DNA of 40,769 bases, from NCBI GenBank assembly GCA_027491435.1, contig JAOZFG010000040.1, positions 1-40,769 on the forward strand. The letters are read 5' to 3'. Position numbers and translations under genes: made by a program. Under the pieces are notes generated by a model. That model was not told where the DNA came from, made no database searches, and worked only from the letters and a program-made list of their open reading frames with translations. The stretch is from Thermoproteota archaeon. Lineage in GTDB: Archaea > Korarchaeota > Korarchaeia > Korarchaeales > Korarchaeaceae. Below are positions 7,554-16,544 of the stretch, one piece after another (the first letter of the stretch is position 1; the number at the start of each line of letters is the position of its first letter).

Positions 7554-9566
7554 TTGAGCAGCGAAAGGAAAGGGCTCATCATAGACTCCTTGGTTGTAGC
7601 GGCCACTTACCTGATAAGCCTAGTAATTAGGATCCTGCCGACCTTCAAGTACGGCGCCCACCTGACGGCCGACGACCCCTTGCTCCACTACAGGATAACT
7701 AAGGCCCTTATTGAGACTGGGACTATACCCCATTATGATCCTCTCTCCTGGTTTCCCTGGAGCTTTGACCCCACCAAGATATTGCCTCCGCTTCACTACT
7801 ACACGGGAGCGGCCATTTACTTCGTAGCCAGTGCCCTCGGCTTCAAAGACCTTTACACCGTGGTCGTTTACATACCAGCTTTCTTCTCGCCTCTCGTGAT
7901 CATACCCCTTTACTTATTGGCTAAGGAGTTGTGGGGAAGGCCCGCTGCCATAATATCGGCCTTAGCAATATCACTATCCTGGGCTTACGCCAGCAGGTCC
8001 CTGGCAGGCTTTTATAGGCACGAGCAGTTCGCCATTCCGATATTGATGGCCTCCCTATACTTCACCGTTAAGGCCATGAGAGCTAAGGAGCTCTGGAAAA
8101 CTGTCCTGTACGCAGGAATTAGCGGGATATTCTTGGTCTACGCATCAGGCGTATGGGCGGCCTTCAGGCTTCTCTACGACGGATACGCCCTCTTCCTGAT
8201 AATACTTCTCCTGCTAAACAGGCTCTCCATTAAGGAGCTCCTGGCCTTGGGCCTACCTCCGCTCTACGTATTAGTGGCCTCCTTTGGAGCTCTCTCAAAC
8301 CTGGCCTTCAGGAAGCTTTACATAAGCTTTGAGAGCACCCTCGTGTGGGCTGCCTTGCTGGCCTCGTTTGTGTACGTGACCTCTCCTAAGCTGAACTTGA
8401 GCTTGATAAAGGGGAGAAGAAGGGAGGTGTCCCTAGCCGTAGGGTTGCTGTTGCTTTTAGGATTTCTAGTGACTGGCGCTTATCACCCACTAACAGGAAG
8501 GTTGATGAGGGTCCTCAACCCCTCAGCCAAGCTATGGCACGGAAACGTCGTTGAAACGGTAGCCGAGCACGGGTCGGGGGCGCTAGTGGAGACCATGACT
8601 ACCCTGCTTATCCCCGGAGTGATGGGCCTCTTCTTCTTGGGAGTTAGCAGGTGGAGGAACAACGACGAGCTCCTCCTTTTCGTCCTATCCTTGGCCTCGC
8701 TTTACTTCGCCCTGAGCATAGTTAGGTTGCCCCCCATAGCCGCCCCGTTCATGGCTTTAATGGCGGGTTTCTTCACCGAGAAGGTGCTGGAGCTCTTTCA
8801 GGACAGGTTTAAGAGAGTTGCTTCTTTGGAGAGGGCCATGTCCAAGAGGGGGGCTAAGCTCCCCCTTTCCAAGAAGGTCAAGATGCTCAAGGCCCCCGTT
8901 ATAACGCTAACCCTCTTGGTGGTATTGCCCGTCCTGCTTCAAGGCGGGATCATCAGGTACTCCGGCAGGTACGTGTTCACCCCGTTGATGGCCTCTGAAT
9001 ACTCCCTTGGGTTCTCAGAGGGATGGAGGCAGACCCTGAGCTGGTTAAAGAACAACACTAAGCCTTCAGACGTCGTGATATCCTGGTGGGACTATGGGTA
9101 CTGGATGCAGACCGGCGCCGGCAAGATAACCTTGGCGGACGGGCTCACCATCAACGAGACCCAGATAAGGCTGATAGCTAAGGCCTTCATGGGCAGTGAG
9201 GAGGAAATGCTCAAGCTGGCCAGCATGTTCAACGCCACCTACGTGGTAGTCGACGTGCCAGCCGAAGTTGGCAGGTTTTCTGGAGGAGGTAAGTGGGTCG
9301 CTATGGCCTGGATAGCTGAAAAGTTTAAGTACAGTCCATACAGGCCCGACGAAGCCCAGAAGTGGTTCACCCAAGACTTGCCCAAGTACTTCAACGTGGA
9401 CAGGAACACTGGAATGGCCTATCCAACTGAACGAACCATGAACACCACCTTGTTCAAGATGGCGTTAGGGGCCGTCAGGGAGGTTCCCATGAATTACTTC
9501 GAGAGGGTCTTCGTAGGCAAGACAGGTGGCTACGTCCACGTCGTCGTTTATAAGCTGAAGGGGTGA
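7554..9566 (+). CDS. aglB: Oligosaccharyltransferase AglB/STT3
   Basis: Multi-TM N-terminus with DDPLLHY and TVAEH (TIXE), then the WWDYG motif and DG-T-N..QI. Confidence 0.93.
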   Translation: MSSERKGLIIDSLVVAATYLISLVIRILPTFKYGAHLTADDPLLHYRITKALIETGTIPHYDPLSWFPWSFDPTKILPPLHYYTGAAIYFVASALGFKDLYTVVVYIPAFFSPLVIIPLYLLAKELWGRPAAIISALAISLSWAYASRSLAGFYRHEQFAIPILMASLYFTVKAMRAKELWKTVLYAGISGIFLVYASGVWAAFRLLYDGYALFLIILLLLNRLSIKELLALGLPPLYVLVASFGALSNLAFRKLYISFESTLVWAALLASFVYVTSPKLNLSLIKGRRREVSLAVGLLLLLGFLVTGAYHPLTGRLMRVLNPSAKLWHGNVVETVAEHGSGALVETMTTLLIPGVMGLFFLGVSRWRNNDELLLFVLSLASLYFALSIVRLPPIAAPFMALMAGFFTEKVLELFQDRFKRVASLERAMSKRGAKLPLSKKVKMLKAPVITLTLLVVLPVLLQGGIIRYSGRYVFTPLMASEYSLGFSEGWRQTLSWLKNNTKPSDVVISWWDYGYWMQTGAGKITLADGLTINETQIRLIAKAFMGSEEEMLKLASMFNATYVVVDVPAEVGRFSGGGKWVAMAWIAEKFKYSPYRPDEAQKWFTQDLPKYFNVDRNTGMAYPTERTMNTTLFKMALGAVREVPMNYFERVFVGKTGGYVHVVVYKLKG

Positions 9567-10699
9567 AAGGGATTATGGACCCGCTATCCTACTTCGATAG
9601 GGAGGACGAGGTTGAGAGGGAGGAGTACACCCGGCTGAAGGAGGAGTTCCTATCAGCGGCTGACGACCACCACATAAGCGTTCTCCCCAAGATAACTTTT
9701 GCCATGGTGAAACCAGATGCCTTCGTCAGGGGGCTCACCATCGAGGTCATAGAGAGGCTGAAGCAGAACGGGCTGTCACCCATAGCCTTAAAAGTAACTG
9801 ACATGGATGAGGCCCTAATAGACGAGCTTTACATGTTCGTCAAGCAGAAGTATTACGAATCCTGGTGGATAATGCCCAAGGTCTTCAGTCAAGCCCCGGT
9901 AATTCCCATGATCCTATACGGAGATCCCGGCGAGTTTCCCCACCTATCTGGTAAGCTCAGGGATGTAATAGGTCCCACCTCACCTGACGCCGGGAGGCAG
10001 GGCAACATAAGGTACGACCTCAAGGGCACCAACAGGGTACTGAATATAATACACGCCTCTGACGACCCCGCCGCTGCCATTAGGGAGGCCAAGGTCTTCT
10101 TCTCACTAGATGAGATCTTGGACTTAATAGCCAACCCAGTTGAGGTCAAGTATGACCCTGATGAACTGATGCCCGAGGAGGTAATGGACATATCGCGCTG
10201 GAGCGTGTTTAATAGGGTGAAGAGTGAGGCATCCGAGTACCTCGAATACAGGAGAGATGAAATTTCACAGCTCCTAGACATAGAGGCTTCAGTCGTCGAG
10301 AAGAACCTCCCAATAGATGAAGAGAGGGAGGCTTTACTGGAGGTTGAGGCTAAAATGTCCCAGCTGTGCAGAGAAATCCTGGAGAGGATAAGCGGGGATT
10401 TCGTTAACTCAGCTAGGGCCCCTGCTGATCCCAAGGGGAAGGGGAAGCTCGCAGAGAGGTATGAGGACACGGCCATAGCGGCCGAGCTTATAGGGGTGCT
10501 GAGCGACGAAGGCTGGATGTCTGAACATCAGGAGTTCGATAGGCTCCTAATGTTGAGCATGGCTAGGGAGTTCATAGGAAATGAGTGGGATGAGGTCGTG
10601 GTCCATAGCACCTGGGCCGTGATGCCTCAGATGGTCAGGGACCTCGAGAAGTATGGGAAGATGGTTATAACCTCCTTAACCAGTAACATACATTCTTAA
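9563..10699 (+). CDS. Nucleoside-diphosphate-kinase-domain protein with a long C-terminal extension (alternative start ATG 9575)
   Basis: TFAMVKPDA, GPTSP...GNIR, NIIHASD (phospho-His motif); about 190 extra helical, acidic residues. Confidence 0.75.
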   Translation: MKGIMDPLSYFDREDEVEREEYTRLKEEFLSAADDHHISVLPKITFAMVKPDAFVRGLTIEVIERLKQNGLSPIALKVTDMDEALIDELYMFVKQKYYESWWIMPKVFSQAPVIPMILYGDPGEFPHLSGKLRDVIGPTSPDAGRQGNIRYDLKGTNRVLNIIHASDDPAAAIREAKVFFSLDEILDLIANPVEVKYDPDELMPEEVMDISRWSVFNRVKSEASEYLEYRRDEISQLLDIEASVVEKNLPIDEEREALLEVEAKMSQLCREILERISGDFVNSARAPADPKGKGKLAERYEDTAIAAELIGVLSDEGWMSEHQEFDRLLMLSMAREFIGNEWDEVVVHSTWAVMPQMVRDLEKYGKMVITSLTSNIHS

Positions 10700-10816
10700 C
10701 CCCCTTTCCCCCTCATTATTGCCCTCTTCAGACCGTTAATATCTTATGAGTGGACATTATAACGAATATCTTTTTATCTCTTACCCCGAGGCTTAACCTG
10801 GGGGCGGTGATCGAAA

Positions 10817-11251
10817 ACGATACAGCCGTGTGAGATTGTTGTTAAGACGCTAATCCCTTGCATCAGAGCCTCTGTTGCTAAAGAGCTTATAGAAGTTCAC
10901 GGTTTTAGACAGGTGGATGTGGCAAAAATGTTAAACGTTACTCAGGCGGCGGTGAGCCAATACATCAGAGGGTCTAGAGGAGGGACCATAGACCTCAGGA
11001 AGGACCAGGACATATACAGGATAATAAAGAGGATTGCTCAGGGGCTCGTAAACGGTGATCTCAGCAGGAGAGAGATATCCATCCTGGTTTGTGAGGCCTG
11101 CTATCTAGCTAGGAAGAAGAGGATAATCTGCGGAGCCATAGGTGAGAAGTACGCTGACATAAAGGACCTGGTGTGCTTTGATTACGATTTCTCCAGGGAC
11201 AGGGAGGAGATAAGGAAACTCATCAGCAACCTCCTCTCAGACGTTCAGTAG
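10817..11251 (+). CDS. XRE/HTH transcriptional regulator with Cys-rich C-terminus (COG2522-like); probable non-canonical start
   Basis: The frame continues upstream of GTG 10913 through IQPCEIVVKTLIPCIRASVAKELIE, the family N-terminus. HTH QVDVAKMLNVTQAAVSQY, then CEAC...C. Confidence 0.75.
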   Translation, partial: TIQPCEIVVKTLIPCIRASVAKELIEVHGFRQVDVAKMLNVTQAAVSQYIRGSRGGTIDLRKDQDIYRIIKRIAQGLVNGDLSRREISILVCEACYLARKKRIICGAIGEKYADIKDLVCFDYDFSRDREEIRKLISNLLSDVQ

Positions 11252-11317
11252 TTCGAAGTAATCACCATAACTACCATCTTTTTAACTTAGCTGAGGAGGG
11301 ATTATAGGTGACTCCCC

Positions 11318-12646
11318 ATGGAAGTACCTAAGATTGTCGTCACCCCTCCCGGCCCTAAGGCCAAGGAATTGCTTGAGAGAGACTCCCGTGTCATTTCCCC
11401 CTCATACGTCAGGTTTTACCCGCTAGTGGTTGATAGGGCTGAGGGTTCCCTTATCTACGACGTCGACGGTAACGTTTACATTGACATGAACGCTGGCCTG
11501 GCGGTCATGGCGGTCGGCCATAAACACCCTAAGGTTGTCGAGGCGGTTAAGCGGCAGGTGGAAAAGCTAGTCCACTATTCAAACACGGACTTCTACTACG
11601 AGGAGTCCGTCAAGTTCGCTGAGAAGCTCGTCAGCATAGCCCCTGGAGGTACCCCTAAGAGGGTTTACTTCGGGAATAGCGGCGCTGAGGCCATAGAAGC
11701 GGCCATTAAACTTGCCAGGTGGAAGACCAGAAGGCAGTACATAATAGCTTTTATAGGAGCCTTTCACGGCAGAACCTACGGGGCTATGAGCCTTACAGCC
11801 AGCAAGCCCGTGCAGAGAGCAGGCTTCTCCCCCCTGTTGCCCAGCGTAGTCCACGTGCCTTACCCTTACCCGTTCAGGTGTCCCTTCTACGCCCCGCCTG
11901 ACGACCCCGAGGAGTGCGGGAATAGAGCCTTAGCGTTCATAGAGGACTGGGTGCTCGGCAGGTACGTCCCACCTGATGAGGTGGCCGCCTTCGTCTTCGA
12001 GCCCATCCAGGGAGAGGGAGGCTATGTGGTCCCTCCAAAGAACTTCATACCAGGTTTGAAGAAGATAGCTGAGGAGCACGGAATACTCCTGATAGACGAT
12101 GAAATTCAGTCTGGAATGGGCAGAACTGGTAGGTGGTGGGCCATCGAACACTTCGGCGTTGAGCCAGACATAATGACCAGCGCCAAGGCTTTGGGAGGGG
12201 GCTTCCCGATAGGGGCGACCATAGCTAAGGCGGAGATAATGGAGTGGCCCGGAGGGTCCCACGCTTCCACCTTCGGAGGTAACCCCGTGTCCTGCGCCTC
12301 TGGCCTGGCCACTATAGAAGTAATAGAGGAGGAAAAACTCGTGGAGAGAGCCGCTAAACTTGGAGAGAAGGTGATGAAGAGGCTCAACGAGTGGAAGGAG
12401 AAGTACAGCTCAGTTGGGGATGTCAGAGGATTAGGGCTAATGATAGGAGTGGAAATCGTGAACAGGGATGGGCGGCCGGGTAAGGAGGAGGCTCACGAGA
12501 TAATGATGAACTCCTGGAGGAGAGGAGTTGCCATAATAACGGCGGGAAAGAGCACTATCAGGGTGGTACCTCCGCTGAACATACCTGAGGAGTACTTGGA
12601 CAGAGCCCTAGACATAGTGGAGGAAGAGGTTAAGAAGTTCGGGTAA
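11318..12646 (+). CDS. Class III PLP aminotransferase (ornithine/acetylornithine/4-aminobutyrate type)
   Basis: PPGPKA, NSGAEAIEAA, FHGRT, EPIQGEGG, DEIQSGMGRTG, SAKALGGG (PLP Lys), HASTFGGNP. Confidence 0.92.
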   Translation: MEVPKIVVTPPGPKAKELLERDSRVISPSYVRFYPLVVDRAEGSLIYDVDGNVYIDMNAGLAVMAVGHKHPKVVEAVKRQVEKLVHYSNTDFYYEESVKFAEKLVSIAPGGTPKRVYFGNSGAEAIEAAIKLARWKTRRQYIIAFIGAFHGRTYGAMSLTASKPVQRAGFSPLLPSVVHVPYPYPFRCPFYAPPDDPEECGNRALAFIEDWVLGRYVPPDEVAAFVFEPIQGEGGYVVPPKNFIPGLKKIAEEHGILLIDDEIQSGMGRTGRWWAIEHFGVEPDIMTSAKALGGGFPIGATIAKAEIMEWPGGSHASTFGGNPVSCASGLATIEVIEEEKLVERAAKLGEKVMKRLNEWKEKYSSVGDVRGLGLMIGVEIVNRDGRPGKEEAHEIMMNSWRRGVAIITAGKSTIRVVPPLNIPEEYLDRALDIVEEEVKKFG

Positions 12647-14030
12647 CCTCCTCCACCTCCTTTATCAGGCCCTCTAGAGATTCCCTGAACCTATTCTCGT
12701 ACTCACCCAGCCTGCCTATATCGTCAAGCGTCTTCCTTCTCCTGGCGTTTATCGCACCCTTGAGGAGCTCTGGATTGGGCCCTCCTCTCCCCCTGCTCTT
12801 AAGGACCTCCTCCAATTTGGGCATTTCTACCTCTAACCTCCGGGACGCCTCCTCCAAAGACCACCCGGCCTCTCTCAGGGCCGAGGCTAGCTTGGAGTGG
12901 GCCTCCCTGTAGGTCATCCCTCCCCCCTTTGTCAGCCTCTCAGCGACGTCTTGAGCTAAAGTCCCTCCCTTGATCGCCTCTTCCCTTAAAACTTCACTTC
13001 TGAAGGTGATTTTGGACAATAAATCTGACATCACTTTCAACGATGACCTAACCTCGTCTATTGAGTTTATTAGGTGTTTATTAACCTCCTGCAGGTCGAG
13101 GTTGTAGCCCGAGGTTATCCCCTTCTGAATTGTCAGGGAGGCGGTGAGTGAACCTAAGAGCTCGCCAGCCTTAGCCCTCACTATTTCTAAGGTGACGGGG
13201 TTCCTTTTGTGGGGCATTATGCTGCTGGTCGACACGTGCTCCTCAGGCAGCTCCAGGTACCCGAACTGTGGGGAAGACCACACTATGAAGTCCTCAGCTA
13301 CTCTGCTCAGGAAGGTAGCCAGAGAGGCCAAAACCCCCAGGGTCAGGTTAATGAACGTCCTACTTCCTGTCGCGTAAACGGTGTTGTCCTCCACCCCAGA
13401 GAAGCCCAGTAGCTGTGCTAACCTGCCTCTATCTAATTTCACCGAGCTCCCGGCTATAGGCCCTGAGCCTAGGGGGGATAGGTCCACTTCCCTCGTCAAG
13501 ACTTCCCAAAGAATGTCCCAATGGGCTGACGCTTCCCTCTCCAGGTAGATCAGGTAGTGGGCCACCGTCGAAGGTTGAGCCGGTCTCATGTGTGTGAAGA
13601 GCGGCAGGGGTGTCTCAACAAGATCTTTAGCCCTGTCCAGCGTCACGACCCTGAACTTGAGCAGATCCCACAGCAGGCCTATCAGCGACCTCTTGGCCTT
13701 TAGCCTGAGGGCAGTGGCCACCTGATCGTTCCTGCTTTTTCCAAAGGCCAGCCAACCAGCTCCTTCACCCGATTGATTAAGAAGCCAGCTCTCTAATGCT
13801 TCGTGTACGTCCTCATAACCTTCTAAAGGGATCCTTTCACGAAGAGCCCTTACCAAATTTTTCAAGGCTGGTATTGTCTCCTCTCCCACTATCCCCAGCT
13901 CAAATAAATGGTAAAGGTGAGCTAGGGCAGTTAGGACGACTTCTTCGTATATCTGAACGTCATGCCTCGTGGAAGAAGTAAACTCCCTTAGCCACTGGGG
14001 CTGTTCCCCTAATCCCGATTTTCGGTACAT
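12630..14030 (-). CDS. argH: Argininosuccinate lyase
   Basis: [40 protein letters not shown]. Confidence 0.95.
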   Translation of the reverse strand: MYRKSGLGEQPQWLREFTSSTRHDVQIYEEVVLTALAHLYHLFELGIVGEETIPALKNLVRALRERIPLEGYEDVHEALESWLLNQSGEGAGWLAFGKSRNDQVATALRLKAKRSLIGLLWDLLKFRVVTLDRAKDLVETPLPLFTHMRPAQPSTVAHYLIYLEREASAHWDILWEVLTREVDLSPLGSGPIAGSSVKLDRGRLAQLLGFSGVEDNTVYATGSRTFINLTLGVLASLATFLSRVAEDFIVWSSPQFGYLELPEEHVSTSSIMPHKRNPVTLEIVRAKAGELLGSLTASLTIQKGITSGYNLDLQEVNKHLINSIDEVRSSLKVMSDLLSKITFRSEVLREEAIKGGTLAQDVAERLTKGGGMTYREAHSKLASALREAGWSLEEASRRLEVEMPKLEEVLKSRGRGGPNPELLKGAINARRRKTLDDIGRLGEYENRFRESLEGLIKEVEEVTRTS

Positions 14031-15219
14031 CCCTCCTCGCCGCCCTAGTAGTCAGGGTGTGAAGGCCCCAAGCCTGTATAAAGCCTCTCGCCTCCTCATC
14101 GCTCGGGTACCAACCCTCGTCGTAGCCAGCTATCTCCTTGGAGTAGGCTGAGTAAGGCGAGGACCTGCCCACTACGATAACTGAGCCCTTGTAGAGTTTG
14201 ATCCTGACCTCCCCAGTCACATAATGGTTCAACTTAGCTATGAACTCCTCAAGGCTCTCCCTCAGAGGATCTGCCCACAGTCCCTCGTAGACCAAGTTAG
14301 TCCACTCGTTATCGGCCAGCGACTTGAACTTGAGCTCCCTCCTGGAGAGGATGGCCTTCTCAAGGTCCTTATGAGCTTCTATTAAGGTGATGGCAGCGGG
14401 CGCTTCGTAAACCTCCCTGCTCTTGAACCCTATTACCCTGCTCTCCATGTGGTCCACCCTGCCCACCCCGTGTTCTCCAGCCATCTTATTGAGTTCAGAG
14501 ACCAACTCGGGCAGGTCAAGCCTCCTATCATTTAGGGAAGTTGGTATGCCCTTCTCGAACCATATGTTCAAGTACATCGGTTCATCCGGGGCTTTTTCCG
14601 GGTTAACCGTCCACTCGAAAGCCTCCTCTGGTGGCTCCGCCCAGGGGTCCTCCAGCTCGCCCCCCTCTATACTCCTACCCCATAGGTTCTGATCGACGCT
14701 GTATTTGCTGTGGGTTTCGGGGATATCAAGTCCCTTTAATTTAGCGTACTCCAGCTCCTCCTTCCTCGTCCACTTCCAGATCCTGGTAGGGGCTATTACC
14801 TCCAGGTTGGGATCGAGGGCCTTTACGGTGACGTCAAACCTGACCTGATCATTTCCCTTCGAAGTGCAGCCGTGGGCTACGGCGTCGGCTCCTTCTTTGT
14901 GGGCGATTTCCACAAGCTTCTCAGCTATTAGGGGTCTGGACAGGGCACTTGACAGGGGGTACTTGCCCTCATATAGGGCGTTAGCCCTTATAGCAGGAGC
15001 CACAAATCTCTCAGCGAATTCCGAAATCAGGTCCAGGCTGTAATGCTTGACCGCTCCGGCTTGATAGGCCCTCTCCTCTATGGACCTCATGTCCGCCTTT
15101 TGTCCGACGTTGGCGGTTAGGGTCACCACCTCTACGCCTTGATCCTGGAACCACTTGATCGCTACAGTAGTATCCAAGCCTCCAGAGTAGGCCAGGACTA
15201 CCTTAGAAACAGACTTCAG
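13960..15219 (-). CDS. argG: Argininosuccinate synthase (start inferred at CTG 15219)
   Basis: [12 protein letters not shown] lies in frame upstream of the track's TTG 15177. Also [35 protein letters not shown]. Confidence 0.93.
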   Translation of the reverse strand: MKSVSKVVLAYSGGLDTTVAIKWFQDQGVEVVTLTANVGQKADMRSIEERAYQAGAVKHYSLDLISEFAERFVAPAIRANALYEGKYPLSSALSRPLIAEKLVEIAHKEGADAVAHGCTSKGNDQVRFDVTVKALDPNLEVIAPTRIWKWTRKEELEYAKLKGLDIPETHSKYSVDQNLWGRSIEGGELEDPWAEPPEEAFEWTVNPEKAPDEPMYLNIWFEKGIPTSLNDRRLDLPELVSELNKMAGEHGVGRVDHMESRVIGFKSREVYEAPAAITLIEAHKDLEKAILSRRELKFKSLADNEWTNLVYEGLWADPLRESLEEFIAKLNHYVTGEVRIKLYKGSVIVVGRSSPYSAYSKEIAGYDEGWYPSDEEARGFIQAWGLHTLTTRAARRDVPKIGIRGTAPVAKGVYFFHEA

Positions 15220-15239
15220 GAGCTTCTCCGGTAACGCAC
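15216..15239 (-). promoter_or_regulatory. Arg-rich upstream mini-ORF (MRYRRSS*) overlapping the argG start
   Basis: AAGGTGA SD, then a 4-nt spacer, then GTG CGT TAC CGG AGA AGC TCC TGA. The stop overlaps the argG-frame CTG (CTGA). Confidence 0.5.
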
Positions 15240-15321
15240 AGTCTCACCTTGGGGCAGGTCGCCCCTTTGACAATAAAAAGTTTTTGTTCCGACGGCACGG
15301 ACGTTCCGTCAAATTTATTGG

Positions 15322-16152
15322 GTGAGCTATCTCACTTATCCGATGAGACGGGACGTCAGGGAGATCTGGGAGCTTATAAAGGATAAGGTAGACGTAACGG
15401 AGGAGGAGTTCCTCAGAAGAATTGAGGGCTTGAAGAGGAAGTTGAACTTAGCTGATAGGGCTTTAGCCATAATAGTGGCGAGCAAACTTGGTGTTGATGC
15501 CAGCGAGCTGCTTCACCCGCCTTTGGTGGGCAGGCTTATGAGCTTTTCTACTAGGAAGGTCACGGTGGGCGGAGCCCCGTATAAACTCTTCACGCTAGTC
15601 AACAACAGAGAGAGGTACTTCTGCGTGGCCTTTGGCGAGGATAAGGTTTCCATGATAAATTCTGAAAACGAAGACAAGGTGTTCAGGATAAAGAGGTATG
15701 TGGAAACTAGGCTGGGAGGGTCTAAGGCCTACAGGGCTGGGGAGAGTTCTATTGTGGAAATACTCCCGGACGACTACCTGCCACCCATAACTGAGCTCCA
15801 ACCAGCTAGAGGTACCATTGAGAAGGCCTTGAAGAGCAGGCTCTACTACATAGTCACTTTCATGGTACTAGATGAGGAGTCCGTGGACTATCTGGCCTGT
15901 CCCATATGTGGGAGGGGGCTTGAGGCCAAGGACAGCGAGCTCATATGCCCGGAGCACGGCGTGATAAGGGAGGCGGAGACCAAAACCGTGCTGAGGTATA
16001 AGGTGGCGGACAGCACGGGCATATACTCGGCGGTCTACTTCGGCGATTATCCTGGCCTCATGAAGGGTAAGCTTGTCACAGCGAAGGGGTTCGGAAAGGA
16101 GGGTGACTTCCACATAACTAAGTTCTACAAGGCGGAAGAGGTTGACGTCTGA
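15322..16152 (+). CDS. Replication protein A-like ssDNA-binding protein (OB folds plus Zn finger)
   Basis: N-terminal helical domain, an OB-like segment, and YLACPICG...CPEHG...DSTG..AVYFG as in the RPA Zn-OB domain. Confidence 0.72.
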   Translation: MSYLTYPMRRDVREIWELIKDKVDVTEEEFLRRIEGLKRKLNLADRALAIIVASKLGVDASELLHPPLVGRLMSFSTRKVTVGGAPYKLFTLVNNRERYFCVAFGEDKVSMINSENEDKVFRIKRYVETRLGGSKAYRAGESSIVEILPDDYLPPITELQPARGTIEKALKSRLYYIVTFMVLDEESVDYLACPICGRGLEAKDSELICPEHGVIREAETKTVLRYKVADSTGIYSAVYFGDYPGLMKGKLVTAKGFGKEGDFHITKFYKAEEVDV

Positions 16153-16476
16153 TCAGGAGTACTCTCTCCAAGTGTAGCCGCACTTAGTGCACGTGTATAT
16201 CCTGGTCGGAGGCTCATCGGCAGCCCTAGTCTGCACTATCTGGAAGTAAGCCCTGTTGTTCCCGCACTTGGGGCAAGTGGCTTCCACTACTGGGAAGGGC
16301 ATCTTTCCCCCCTCCTTTATCTCCACGTCCTCCCTGTTGGAGACAACCTTCGTCGTCACGACCGATGAGATTCCTGGATTGTTCTCCATGACGTAACCGC
16401 AACTGGGGCAGACGTACACGAGCTTCCCATCTTCCACCCTGGGCCTCATCAACGTGCCGCACTTCGGGCAGAACAT
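16153..16476 (-). CDS. tfs: Transcription elongation/cleavage factor TFS
   Basis: MFCPKCG..CPSC, CPKC, QTRAADEPPT..Y.CTKCGYTWREY, with the catalytic DE intact. Confidence 0.95.
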   Translation of the reverse strand: MFCPKCGTLMRPRVEDGKLVYVCPSCGYVMENNPGISSVVTTKVVSNREDVEIKEGGKMPFPVVEATCPKCGNNRAYFQIVQTRAADEPPTRIYTCTKCGYTWREYS

Positions 16477-16544
16477 ACTTATCAGTTAAAGTCGTGGAGA
16501 GTGACCTATTTAAAGTATAGGTGAACCCCTCTCCAGGATAGAAA

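Noticed and set aside
9889-10476. 195-aa antisense ORF, and similar Ser/Leu-rich antisense ORFs at 18620-19039, 24825-25244 and 30829-31275
   Set aside because: These are reverse-complement artefacts of GAG/AAG/AGG-rich real genes, with no motifs.
15216-15221. TCC-TGA at the end of the argG leader, matching the antizyme +1 frameshift site
   Set aside because: A +1 shift gives GAA GTC TGT TTC TAA, which stops after four codons. argG is in the -1/+2 frame.
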